A stretch of DNA of 64,000 bases. It comes from a virus. Taxonomy: Duplodnaviria > Caudoviricetes. The DNA lies in IMG/VR virus record IMGVR_UViG_3300022305_000561, one strand, 5' to 3'. Shown one piece after another: positions 38,176 to 47,243 of the stretch (positions within the stretch are counted from its first letter, which is position 1; each line of letters starts with the position of its first letter). The notes beneath the pieces are model-generated. The model saw only the letters and a list, made by a program, of their open reading frames with translations. It was not told where the DNA came from and did not search any database. The translations under genes and the position numbers were made by a program.

Positions 38176-38815
38176 TCCCCAATTACCCCAACCTATCTCT
38201 GCATCAAACAACATTCCATCACCAAGAAAAAATATTTCGGCAAGACCACAAGATCAGATCCAATAAAGTATAAAGGATCAGGAGTTTACTGGGGTCTTCA
38301 TATCAACAAGCACGGTAGGCAGTTCGTCGAAACAATCTGGCTATCCGATCTATACTACGATACCTCTATAGTAGAACAAGCACTCCATTTCTCACACGAA
38401 AACAGCATCGTCGAATCAGACGATTGGGCAAATATAATCCCAGAAAATGGATTAGATGGAGCTCCTGCAGGTAATAAAAAAAGGACCACATTCTGATGAA
38501 ACAAAATCTAAAATATCTGCTGCTATGATAGGTAAGAAAAGAGGTCCCCAATCCGATGAGCGTAAATCTAAACAATCTATTGCTATAACAGGCAAAAAGG
38601 CTTCTGATGAAACAAAAGCTAAACAATCTGCTGCTAAGGTAGGTAAGAAGAAAGGTCCACATTCAGACGACCATAAAGAAAAATTATCTGCTGCTATGAT
38701 AGGTAAGAAGAAAGGTCCTCCTTCTGACGAAACTAAGGCAAAAAGAGCAGTAACTAGAGCTGCTAATAAAGCAGCTCGTCTATTGTTAAAAGAATTAATC
38801 ATCAACGATTTGTAA
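38155..38815 (+). pseudogene. GIY-YIG-like endonuclease with NUMOD3-like repeats, frameshifted at an A7 run (38476-38482)
   Basis: TYLCIKQH..KYFGKT..YKGSG.YW..ENGLDG, then KKGPHSDETK repeats in the +1 frame. Confidence 0.75.
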
Positions 38816-38816
38816 A

Positions 38817-39908
38817 CTAAAAGAAGTCATCAAGTGTCGCCTTCTCCTCTAATACCCATCCCATTGGATCAATAATATTCCCTAGAGGATCCAAGAATAC
38901 CTTTTCAAACTGATAATCATAATCCACATATTTGTGAAGCCCAAACTCAACTGGCAACTCAGATGGAAATGCTATCACATTCTCTTTGATTGTGTTGGGT
39001 TTTTTGAGATATATGAACTTGATCTTATCCCCAGACTTGATAGGTGGATATTTGCTTGTCAACCCCAATTCTTTAAGAAGATGATTATACAACAATGCTC
39101 CTCTAACATGAATCGGACAACCTTTAGCATAGATCGATACGTTACTACTATATTCAGCAACACCATTCACACCTCTTGGAAATGCTATATCCTCAATAGG
39201 AATACTCGTAAACTCTTTTCTAGCCAATTCAATGAACTTGATAAGGTCACCATTAGTTCCGTCAAGGATAACGCCTATAGTTGACTTCAGTTTATCTCTA
39301 ATTGCCTGTGGTGTTGAAGACTTTACGATTTCCAAACCCATAATCTTAAGTTTAGGTTGGTCATATTGAACGCCCTCAGAGTTATGAACTCTAAGAATAT
39401 ACTTCTTCTTTCTACACCAAACACCCTTATCAGCCAGAACTTCTCGCTTCATCTGCATCTTGTTTTGAAATGCATTCATATAAGATGCTAGATCAGCATA
39501 AGACTTTTCAATGATTGGAGTTATAACTTGACTGCAAAACTTATCCATGAACTTAATCTTTTCATCAGTTGTTTTACCAACTTGAGTTTGTTCAACTAAA
39601 GTTTCTAATGCTAGGTAAACTGAGTCAGTATCAATCGCAATGATATAATCCTTATCAACAGTCTTCATTGATGTGTTCATATACAAATTAAGAGTATTGG
39701 CGATCCACTTGATCGAAAGTTGACCAGACACAGTAACACTCTCTGCCATTCTCAAATCATAGTATCTAAAGTATGCATTACCCAATGCTCCATATGCTGA
39801 GTTCAAAGCAATCTTCAAAGCCATCTGAAGATTAGTCAGCCGTGAGATTTCTTTCCCTGTACTAACTTTCAACTTTAATAAATCTGAATCACTCATTTCT
39901 TCAAACAT
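38817..39908 (-). CDS. 43: B-family DNA polymerase C-fragment (gp43B)
   Basis: [30 protein letters not shown]-terminal clamp-binding LDDFF. Confidence 0.95.
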   Translation of the reverse strand: MFEEMSDSDLLKLKVSTGKEISRLTNLQMALKIALNSAYGALGNAYFRYYDLRMAESVTVSGQLSIKWIANTLNLYMNTSMKTVDKDYIIAIDTDSVYLALETLVEQTQVGKTTDEKIKFMDKFCSQVITPIIEKSYADLASYMNAFQNKMQMKREVLADKGVWCRKKKYILRVHNSEGVQYDQPKLKIMGLEIVKSSTPQAIRDKLKSTIGVILDGTNGDLIKFIELARKEFTSIPIEDIAFPRGVNGVAEYSSNVSIYAKGCPIHVRGALLYNHLLKELGLTSKYPPIKSGDKIKFIYLKKPNTIKENVIAFPSELPVEFGLHKYVDYDYQFEKVFLDPLGNIIDPMGWVLEEKATLDDFF

Positions 39909-39965
39909 AAAATCTCCAATAATAAAGTTATATTATACTATAAATCATAATAAAAGTAAATAGTG

Positions 39966-40076
39966 AGTTTCCAATTCTTATAAATAGTAATAAACAAAAA
40001 AAATGCCAATCACGATGCGTCAACAAAATAGGTGCAGGAAACAGTATGAAAAGATGGCATTTTGATAACTGTAAGT
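39966..40076 (+). pseudogene. internally deleted endonuclease element between gp43A and gp43B
   Basis: Leader 5' part (AGTTTCCAATTCTTATAAATAG..TGCCAATCACG) joined to codons G.GNSMKRWHFDNCK, the C-terminal motif seen in ORFs 22568 and 36143. Confidence 0.75.
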
Positions 40077-40078
40077 TA

Positions 40079-41542
40079 TTACAACCCTCTTCTACTTAAC
40101 TCAGCCTTTATATTTTCATATTTTTGTTCTTCATCTAACATTTGTCTTTTGAATCCAACGCGATTGTTATACATTGTTTCCATTAAACTAGGCAAAAATC
40201 CTTGCTTATCATTCTTATAACACCATCCATTAGCTGAGACAGATAATCCTGTCTCAGGAATAGGTTCTTTCTTAAGCAATCCCTCAATAGTAAGGTTTAA
40301 TCTCGTATCAGCAATCATCTCAGGACTGATGTTATATTGACGAATTAGTGAAGGATATAAACTTGCCAAATCGAACGATGCTACCCATTTATGCATACCC
40401 TTTATAGGATCTTTGACGTATGCACCCTCAAACGCTTCACCTTTAGAATGATGTTCATTGTTAGGAATAACAACTTTCTTCTTCAACAAATCGTTATAGA
40501 TGATAGCATCCCATAGCTTCACAGGACTAAACGCATCATTATAGTTAATCTTTGCTGTATAAGCCATCGTTAGATGTAACTCAATCAACCTTAACTTATC
40601 TTCTAACTTATCAACTATGTCAACATCTTTTATGTTGTAGTCGACGAACAACTCAAAGTCTTTTGTATAGAAGTCCTTGAATGATGCAAACTGACTATGA
40701 TCAACTTTCTTTTCGTCTAACTCAACAAAGCCAATATGGTCAAGTTTATAAGATTCTTGAGTAGTGAATGTGTATTTCTTATAAAGAACGATGTAATCTA
40801 ATGAAGATATACCCACCAGATCAAACATTAGTTCTTCAGTACCACGAATATTAATTTTCTTTTCGTTAACAATATTCCAAGGTGATAACTTCTTATAATC
40901 ATCACCAAGAACCTTTTTGATACGATTGACTAAGTAAGGAATATCAAACAAGTCAGTATTCCAACCTGTGATAACATCAGGCATATTACATTGCCAATGA
41001 GTCAAGAACTTCCTCAATAAATCCTGTTCATTCTTACACAAGACATAGTTGTTTGCAAACTTACCTGTATATGGTCTTGAACCAAAGGTTTTATACTCTT
41101 TAGACTTGTTATCTTGGATAGTGATTAGCAGAATCTCTTCAGCTGCATACTTAGGTTCTGGAAAGGCATCGGCTTCAGTTGCAGTTTCAATATCGATTGA
41201 AACTATCTTCATCAAATCTGAATCGAAGATTATATCTTCAGGATGAGTCTCAGAGATATACTGATAAGCATAGTTAGTTTGACCAAAGATATTGAACGAC
41301 CCAACTCCCTCATAAGTTTTGATGAATTCCTTACAATCATTAATGTTTCCTGGTTTTATCTCATATGCTGGAATATCATTTAATGTAGACCATTCAGTGG
41401 GTACTGATGCAGTTTTAGTATTGGTTGTGTACAAGGTAGGATAAAAGTCTACCTTCTGTTTTTGCGGAAGTCCGTCCCGAATAGAACGAACTAAAAGTTG
41501 ACTGCCATATTGGAGACAGGATGTGTAGAATGATGTTGACAT
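40079..41542 (-). CDS. 43: B-family DNA polymerase N-fragment (gp43A: exonuclease plus motif A)
   Basis: DIET, GWN..FDIPY, YNIKDV, SFDLASLYPS; ends in the fingers domain. Confidence 0.95.
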   Translation of the reverse strand: MSTSFYTSCLQYGSQLLVRSIRDGLPQKQKVDFYPTLYTTNTKTASVPTEWSTLNDIPAYEIKPGNINDCKEFIKTYEGVGSFNIFGQTNYAYQYISETHPEDIIFDSDLMKIVSIDIETATEADAFPEPKYAAEEILLITIQDNKSKEYKTFGSRPYTGKFANNYVLCKNEQDLLRKFLTHWQCNMPDVITGWNTDLFDIPYLVNRIKKVLGDDYKKLSPWNIVNEKKINIRGTEELMFDLVGISSLDYIVLYKKYTFTTQESYKLDHIGFVELDEKKVDHSQFASFKDFYTKDFELFVDYNIKDVDIVDKLEDKLRLIELHLTMAYTAKINYNDAFSPVKLWDAIIYNDLLKKKVVIPNNEHHSKGEAFEGAYVKDPIKGMHKWVASFDLASLYPSLIRQYNISPEMIADTRLNLTIEGLLKKEPIPETGLSVSANGWCYKNDKQGFLPSLMETMYNNRVGFKRQMLDEEQKYENIKAELSRRGL

Positions 41543-41600
41543 TGTAGCTCCATAATTTAAGTATAGTTCATTATACTACCGTTTTGGTATTTTGTAAAGA

Positions 41601-42161
41601 CTATATTGGATACATCAGTTGAACAGCATCGTAGGCTGCGTCTCCCACTGGATCATGTTTGATTACCTTTTGGACATCAAAATCTTTCAGGCTAACTTCA
41701 CAATATCCTTTCTTAGAAGTCGATGCTAATATGTCTATTGCAGTTCGTGTGTCTCTATATTGGTTATACAAAACTAATGGCTTTGCGCTAATAGCATTAC
41801 ACAAACTTTCCATTGCCATCTGGTCAAGAGCACCACGAGTCCAAAGTATTTTTGTAGGAGATGGATCTGTATTTAGATAATTACGTAGGAGTTCTATACC
41901 TTCAATAGCAGACACATCGTGTTTGGAAGGGTTGAGGCTAGTTTGTTTTGCAAAGTCACATTGATTCTTCCACCACTCTAAGGTAGATTTGGAAACGGTG
42001 CGTTTGTATTTTTGGATTTGTTCTTGAGCATCAAACTTCACAAAGATAGATTTTTCAATCATTTCTTCATAAGTCATACCATCGTTAAAATATACCATTG
42101 CGGCTGATAAGATAACGCAGGTACTTTCAGTCGATAAGGTCTCGATATCTAGCACAATCAT
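41601..42161 (-). CDS. DEDD 3'-5' exonuclease (DexA-like)
   Basis: LDIETL, TLEWW..Q, W.RG..D, RD.RT, HDP..DAAYD. Confidence 0.85.
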   Translation of the reverse strand: MIVLDIETLSTESTCVILSAAMVYFNDGMTYEEMIEKSIFVKFDAQEQIQKYKRTVSKSTLEWWKNQCDFAKQTSLNPSKHDVSAIEGIELLRNYLNTDPSPTKILWTRGALDQMAMESLCNAISAKPLVLYNQYRDTRTAIDILASTSKKGYCEVSLKDFDVQKVIKHDPVGDAAYDAVQLMYPI

Positions 42162-42230
42162 TCAATTTCTCCATAATTAAAACACTATTATACCTGACTA
42201 TCCGAAAATAGTCAAGTATATTTTTAGAAT

Positions 42231-42539
42231 TTAGATAATCAATTTACGATCTGGAACTTGTATCAATGGTGCTTCTTCAGGTTCTTCAAACTTTGAATTA
42301 TATTCATCGATCAAACCTTGAACAGGAGTACCAACAGATACAATAGCAGATTTGTAGATATTGGTAGTACCATCAACATAAGGCATATATTGGGCTATCA
42401 TAATACCCATAGTGCCATCTTCTCTTGATTGAATAGCGATTTGAGCAGGATTTGATGTTGTGAATTGAAAGGCATCTTCATCGACAACAATAGCCAGTAA
42501 TTCTTCACCGCTTGATAATTTGAAACATTTTGTCGTCAT
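42231..42539 (-). CDS. conserved T4-like hypothetical protein
   Basis: KLSSGEELLA..NP..YMPY..Y..F. Confidence 0.65.
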   Translation of the reverse strand: MTTKCFKLSSGEELLAIVVDEDAFQFTTSNPAQIAIQSREDGTMGIMIAQYMPYVDGTTNIYKSAIVSVGTPVQGLIDEYNSKFEEPEEAPLIQVPDRKLII

Positions 42540-42605
42540 CTTATATTCCTAAGGTCAATATATTAAAATACTATTATACTATAAAGTTACATAAAAGTAA
42601 ATAGT

Positions 42606-42718
42606 GAGTTTTCAATTTGTATAAATAGATATAGGTGTTACTCACGGATGGCTGTCCTAGTAACTCTAATCATTCTACTATTAATTCAGGAACTAATATG
42701 ACCAGCACAAGTATATAT
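42606..42718 (+). repeat. conserved endonuclease-leader module, copy D
   Basis: TATAAATA 42620; hairpin GTTACT-CAC-GGA-tggctg-TCC-T-AGTAAC (42637-42664); TCTAATCATTCT; ATGACCAGC. Confidence 0.9.
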
Positions 42719-43408
42719 ACACCCTTTTTACCAGACCAATATTGCGTTTATCATACCACTTATTCCGGAAAACTTCTACCTCAAAACTATATTGGCTCAT
42801 CATCAGTAGACAATGTTCTAAATAAAAATTATCACGGTTCAGTGGTATCAGAACGATACAAGTCAATATGGTTATCTGAATTAAAACTCCATCCCGAACT
42901 GTTTTCAACAGTAATAGTATCTTACCACGATACCAGATCAAATGCAACATATAAAGAACTTCAGGTACAAAGAACATTAAATGTTGTTAAAAGCGAGTTA
43001 TTCGTCAATAGATCATATGCCTCCGTATATGGGTTTACCGATACAACATACACACCAGAAGAAAAAGAGGTAATGAGTAAGAAACTATCTACTGGACATG
43101 CTAATAGAACTCCTGAAGAAAAAGCAAAAACGAGTAAGAAAATGTCAGATGCGCGTAAAGGAAAAAAGCAATCAGAAGAACATATATCTAAAAGATCTGC
43201 TGCTAATACAGGACTAAAAAGATGTCCTCGTTCTGATGAGTATAGAACTAAACAATCTGTTGCACATACAGGTAGGAAAAGAGGTCCTCAATCGACAGAA
43301 CATAGGAATAAACTATCTTCTATATTCTTCTTCTTAATATCAACTAAGAAAAGTTATACTAAAAGAGCATTAACTAGATATTTTCCCGAGTTCAAGCAAT
43401 TTTATTAA
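42698..43408 (+). CDS. GIY-YIG homing endonuclease with NUMOD3-like repeats
   Basis: YCVYHTTY..NYIGSS..Y.GS..KE..Q..N; KKQSEEHISKRS repeats; start taken at MTSTSIY. Confidence 0.85.
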   Translation: MTSTSIYTPFLPDQYCVYHTTYSGKLLPQNYIGSSSVDNVLNKNYHGSVVSERYKSIWLSELKLHPELFSTVIVSYHDTRSNATYKELQVQRTLNVVKSELFVNRSYASVYGFTDTTYTPEEKEVMSKKLSTGHANRTPEEKAKTSKKMSDARKGKKQSEEHISKRSAANTGLKRCPRSDEYRTKQSVAHTGRKRGPQSTEHRNKLSSIFFFLISTKKSYTKRALTRYFPEFKQFY

Positions 43409-43435
43409 AAAAAGGAGGTATAATATACCTCCTTT
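43406..43435. terminator. rho-independent terminator between convergent genes
   Basis: AAAAAAAGGAGGTAT-AAT-ATACCTCCTTT. Confidence 0.8.
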
Positions 43436-43447
43436 AGATGCACCCAA

Positions 43448-43915
43448 CTACTCTAGCAACAACTTGCTTAAAGTAGAATTGATCTCTAACTTTTTAGGGA
43501 TCAATTCCTCTGGGACAATATGATTCAGGTAGATTTTGAGTAATCCATCTTGTAATGTTACATCAGAAATTTCTACACGTTCTGCCAATGTGAAAGTCCG
43601 TTTAAATGCTCTTGATGATAGACCCCTATGAAGATATACCTCAAAGGCACCATCCAGTGTTGCTTTACCACCAACAGTAAGGCTTCTGTTTAACAATTCT
43701 ACTTCAATATCTTCTTTTTTGAAACCTGCGACAGCAATCTCAATCACATATTTGGTATCCCCAATACTTTTAATATTATATGGCGGATAGTTCGATTGAT
43801 TCTTTAAGTTTGCTTCTTTTGATTTTCTAATAGAATCTTGCTCCGATTCAAATCCAATGAAGAATTTAAGAAGGTCAGTATCGATTCTAGGTAAAAAGGG
43901 TTGTGTTGTAAGCAT
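43448..43915 (-). CDS. small heat-shock protein (Hsp20/IbpA-like)
   Basis: NYPPYNI, IEIAVAGF, YLHRGLS.RAF.RTFTL, DGLL.I. Confidence 0.93.
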   Translation of the reverse strand: MLTTQPFLPRIDTDLLKFFIGFESEQDSIRKSKEANLKNQSNYPPYNIKSIGDTKYVIEIAVAGFKKEDIEVELLNRSLTVGGKATLDGAFEVYLHRGLSSRAFKRTFTLAERVEISDVTLQDGLLKIYLNHIVPEELIPKKLEINSTLSKLLLE

Positions 43916-43920
43916 TGTAT

Positions 43921-43938
43921 TCTCCAATTAAGCGAGAT
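43921..43938 (-). promoter_or_regulatory. ROSE-like RNA thermometer hairpin over the hsp20 RBS
   Basis: UCUCGCU-UAAUU-GGAGA: the UYGCU motif pairs with the SD, with a bulged G. Confidence 0.55.
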
Positions 43939-44028
43939 TTAAGTTTGCTACCCCGAAGGCATAGCGATAAATGGGAAGTTTTGACTTTGCCCCCACAAAG
44001 TTTCGGTGGCTGCGAACCGCCTGAAATC

Positions 44029-44211
44029 TTACTCTTCTTCTGTTGCTTCTTCAGGAGACTCTGCTTGAAGCAATTGAATTGCTGATTCACCTTGGCTTCT
44101 AATCTTACTAACTAAGACAGCAACTTCATCAAATGGGTGCTTACCTAAGACAGCTAAGATGATGTTAATTTCTTTTAATGATAATGTAATTTCAATGTCT
44201 GGGTTTTCCAT
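44029..44211 (-). CDS. hypothetical protein
   Basis: L...EIN.IL..LG..PF.EV..L..KI..Q; GGAG RBS. Confidence 0.65.
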   Translation of the reverse strand: MENPDIEITLSLKEINIILAVLGKHPFDEVAVLVSKIRSQGESAIQLLQAESPEEATEEE

Positions 44212-44310
44212 AATATCTCCATGGTTGTTTAAAATGTACTACGTGAATCTTGTTTCCAAGAATAGGTGCTCCGTGCAATTCCTTTGGTCGACTAATCCTA
44301 AGCCTTTTTG

Positions 44311-44733
44311 TTATTTCCTGACGCCAATAGCATACTTTTGTACGAGTTGCCATTGAGGTTTTTCCGCATAAGACAATATCTTGATTGAAGATAATGATGT
44401 CCTATTTTGAGTCTTTTCTGCATCTACTACTTTCAACAGATTCCAATCCTGAAGTAATATCGCAATGGTGTTTCTACGTTCAATGTCGCCCATACTTATA
44501 TTGGTTCCCTTACCATCCAAGGCAAATAGTTCTTTAAAATGGATTATGTAGTACCTACCTTGTTTGTGAAGGATGTGACAAGATTGATAAAGAGTATTAT
44601 CCTTTCTTGATGCCACACCAATTCTTGTTAATGTTTCTTTGATCTTTAGAAAACTATCAGGTTCAGGGATCACAATCTCCAACATAGATTCTATAGTCCA
44701 ATCCAAATATACCGCATTATCATTATATTCCAT
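44311..44733 (-). CDS. regA: translational repressor RegA
   Basis: FLKIKETLTRIGVAS..LYQSCHILHKQGRYYIIHFKELF. Confidence 0.97.
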   Translation of the reverse strand: MEYNDNAVYLDWTIESMLEIVIPEPDSFLKIKETLTRIGVASRKDNTLYQSCHILHKQGRYYIIHFKELFALDGKGTNISMGDIERRNTIAILLQDWNLLKVVDAEKTQNRTSLSSIKILSYAEKPQWQLVQKYAIGVRK

Positions 44734-45113
44734 TATTTTCCGCCCTTGTTTTGTTTTTCTCTGATATAGCTAAGTTGACCCTCTGATAGGATATTTAGTA
44801 TGCCTTTTGCTTCTCGTTTTGAGTAACCATAAAAAGCACACACATTCTCAAGATCCTCAGAAACAGACTCTTTTGGAGCCCACTTCGAGAATCTTTTTTT
44901 CTTACTTATACTATGTATCAAAAACGAAAACTGTTGTTGGTTGGAAAGATCAGGATAATGATTCATCTCATTGGCATACATTATCGTATCAGGGAAATAA
45001 GACAGACTTCTATTCACGATGAACGGAACATAATCCTTATTTGCCTGAGGATCTTGGAACATATCCTCTTTGGTAAAGTTGATAGCATTTACAAACTCAA
45101 ATGGTGTACTCAT
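44733..45113 (-). CDS. 62: clamp loader small subunit (gp62)
   Basis: PFEFVNAIN..Y.PF.VNR.LS..D..ANEMN..KKRFSKW. Confidence 0.9.
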   Translation of the reverse strand: MSTPFEFVNAINFTKEDMFQDPQANKDYVPFIVNRSLSYFPDTIMYANEMNHYPDLSNQQQFSFLIHSISKKKRFSKWAPKESVSEDLENVCAFYGYSKREAKGILNILSEGQLSYIREKQNKGGK

Positions 45114-45150
45114 AATATATTCTACTAGATTGTACAAAGGGTGGAGAAGA

Positions 45151-46110
45151 CTAACGCCATTTGACTGATGCCATGATTTCAGTCATTGCTGCCATGATAT
45201 TGATTTCTCTATCAGTGACAAATGCATTCTTATAACCATAATCAGCTAGAATCAACACCAATTGAGGTATGCTTGTTACTTCTATATATTCAACCGACTT
45301 GTCATATAACTTTCTAAACAACTCTGTTGAGTCTATATCAATGTTGATACCTACCCACTTTCTAACTTCTGTGAAGTTCTTTTCCTTCATCATCTTTAGT
45401 AATGAAGTGAAAGTTTCATCAGAAGCATTGACTAAGATACCCGCATCAATCTTACCCGATACGGAATACCGTTGAAGTTCATTCAATATTCTTCTGTAAT
45501 CTGGAAAGTGTTTAGTTACTAACTCAGCCACAACCTTTGGGTCAAACTCAACATTCTCAGACTTAAGAATAGTTACTGCTCTTTTGAAGAATGAAGCTGC
45601 AATTTGTTGTTTATCTTTAGCATCTAACTTGAAGTCTATACAAGTACAGCGAGAATGTAATGGTTCAATGATTCGGTTCTTGAAGTTACAAGTTAAGATG
45701 AATCTACAGTTTGAACTGAACTCTTCTATAAAACCCCGCAAGGCAGGTTGAACAGATTGAGCATTTGTATAATCTGCTTCATCGATAATAACAATCTTTC
45801 TAGCATCAGTCAAAGATACTGTTGATGCAAAACTTCTGATGGTAGTTCTTAAGGTATCAATAGAACGACCTTCGTCTGAACCATTGATCATTAGATATTC
45901 AGCACCTATTTCTTCACACAATGCTTTGGCAATAGTAGTCTTACCTACACCTGCTGTACCGCTGAATAAGAAGTTTGGCATTTGACCTGATTTGATAAAC
46001 TCTCTGAATGTTTCTTTCAAAGATTCTGGTAGGATACATTCATTGATGGTTTGTGGTCTGTATTTCTCGCACCACAAGAACTGCCTATTGTTGACATTCA
46101 ATTCATTCAT
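45151..46110 (-). CDS. 44: clamp loader large subunit (gp44)
   Basis: WCEKYRP, GTAGVGKTT, IIDEAD, LHSRC, FPDYRR. Confidence 0.96.
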   Translation of the reverse strand: MNELNVNNRQFLWCEKYRPQTINECILPESLKETFREFIKSGQMPNFLFSGTAGVGKTTIAKALCEEIGAEYLMINGSDEGRSIDTLRTTIRSFASTVSLTDARKIVIIDEADYTNAQSVQPALRGFIEEFSSNCRFILTCNFKNRIIEPLHSRCTCIDFKLDAKDKQQIAASFFKRAVTILKSENVEFDPKVVAELVTKHFPDYRRILNELQRYSVSGKIDAGILVNASDETFTSLLKMMKEKNFTEVRKWVGINIDIDSTELFRKLYDKSVEYIEVTSIPQLVLILADYGYKNAFVTDREINIMAAMTEIMASVKWR

Positions 46111-46170
46111 AATATTTCCCATAGTATAGTAGAATGGTGACGCATTAGATGCCGCCTCAATGTTTAGTTC

Positions 46171-46830
46171 TTAGTTGAATGTAGAATCTGATTCTACGCC
46201 CACGTAGTATACTAGATCTGAACTATCTGATTTGAATCTTGAAATTCGTTTAGATGAGATGGCTACTGTATAATCTGCTTGGATAAACTTGAACATTTCA
46301 ACCTTAAAGTTAATATGGAAATTTAAATCAGTTACCCCAATATTAACTTCAAATGCATTACTCGTATCTACTTTCTTATCAGACACAATCAACTTCAACT
46401 TACCTTCAGAACCTACGAAAGCAACATCTGGAGCTCTCAATACGGAAGCAGTCTTACTAATCATTGCCAACGTGTCGGCACTTAATTTGAATTCAATATC
46501 TGCTTCAGGGAAGTTAATCTCTTTCTTTGGAACTGATAATACAGATGGGTCAGCAGAAAAGTATTTGATTGAAGTTTCACCATCTGAGATACGAACAAAC
46601 TTATCAGAAAACTCTAAATCTGGACTTGGAAATAACGACAACACACCCAAGAACTCATTCAAATCATAGATACCAAACTCTGATGGGAATACATCAGGAA
46701 CGGTGATTGACGATAGGATTGTATTCTGCACTGACCGAGTTTTAAGAACACTACCCTCTGCAAATAAGATGTTCGGACTGATTGAACTGTAATTCTTTAG
46801 GATAGTAACTGATTCTTTTGATAACTTCAT
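46171..46830 (-). CDS. 45: sliding clamp (gp45)
   Basis: MKLSKE..ILKN.S.I, FGIYDLNEFL, Y.V.ISS. Confidence 0.93.
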   Translation of the reverse strand: MKLSKESVTILKNYSSISPNILFAEGSVLKTRSVQNTILSSITVPDVFPSEFGIYDLNEFLGVLSLFPSPDLEFSDKFVRISDGETSIKYFSADPSVLSVPKKEINFPEADIEFKLSADTLAMISKTASVLRAPDVAFVGSEGKLKLIVSDKKVDTSNAFEVNIGVTDLNFHINFKVEMFKFIQADYTVAISSKRISRFKSDSSDLVYYVGVESDSTFN

Positions 46831-46872
46831 TTTTAATTCCTCATTATTTAATATAATATAATACTTCATTTT

Positions 46873-47241
46873 CTACTTTTTTACTACTTCTTTCCACTCT
46901 TCTTCAGTATATAGGTCTCTTTCTAATAAGAAAAGAAGATTGCATACAGCATGTGCCAAGTGGTTAATACCTGTCTCTGAATCCAATTGCTGACCAGATT
47001 TCCAATCCCAAAGATGACGTTGAAGTGCATCAAAGTACCTATCTTGTGCATCAGGCACTTTTTGCCAGTTGTATTTGTCATATTTTATTGCTCCTGCTGT
47101 TAGAACTTTCACAGTTTCTTTTAATGCTGTTGGTGGTATCAAGCCATATTGTAACTTACCTTGATCAAACTTTCTTCCCCCAGTTGTAGCAGTTTGGGAT
47201 TCTTTTACTCTATCCAATTCGTATTTACAAGCCTCACTCAT
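46873..47241 (-). CDS. dATP/dGTP diphosphohydrolase (DUF5664-like)
   Basis: GRKFD.GK..L.P..VL..GA.KY..NW..RY..A..RH..D.ETG..HLAHA.CN. Confidence 0.85.
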   Translation of the reverse strand: MSEACKYELDRVKESQTATTGGRKFDQGKLQYGLIPPTALKETVKVLTAGAIKYDKYNWQKVPDAQDRYFDALQRHLWDWKSGQQLDSETGINHLAHAVCNLLFLLERDLYTEEEWKEVVKK

Positions 47242-47243
47242 TA

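Noticed and set aside
38476-38482. Programmed frameshift in endonuclease C at A_AAA_AAG
   Set aside because: That motif promotes -1 shifts but +1 is needed here. A homopolymer mutation or sequencing error is more likely.
42635-42697. Upstream GTG/TTG-type starts given in the track for ORFs 42635 and 57144
   Set aside because: These extensions only read through the hairpin leader. The RBS and the six-copy alignment place the starts at MTS (42698, 57087).
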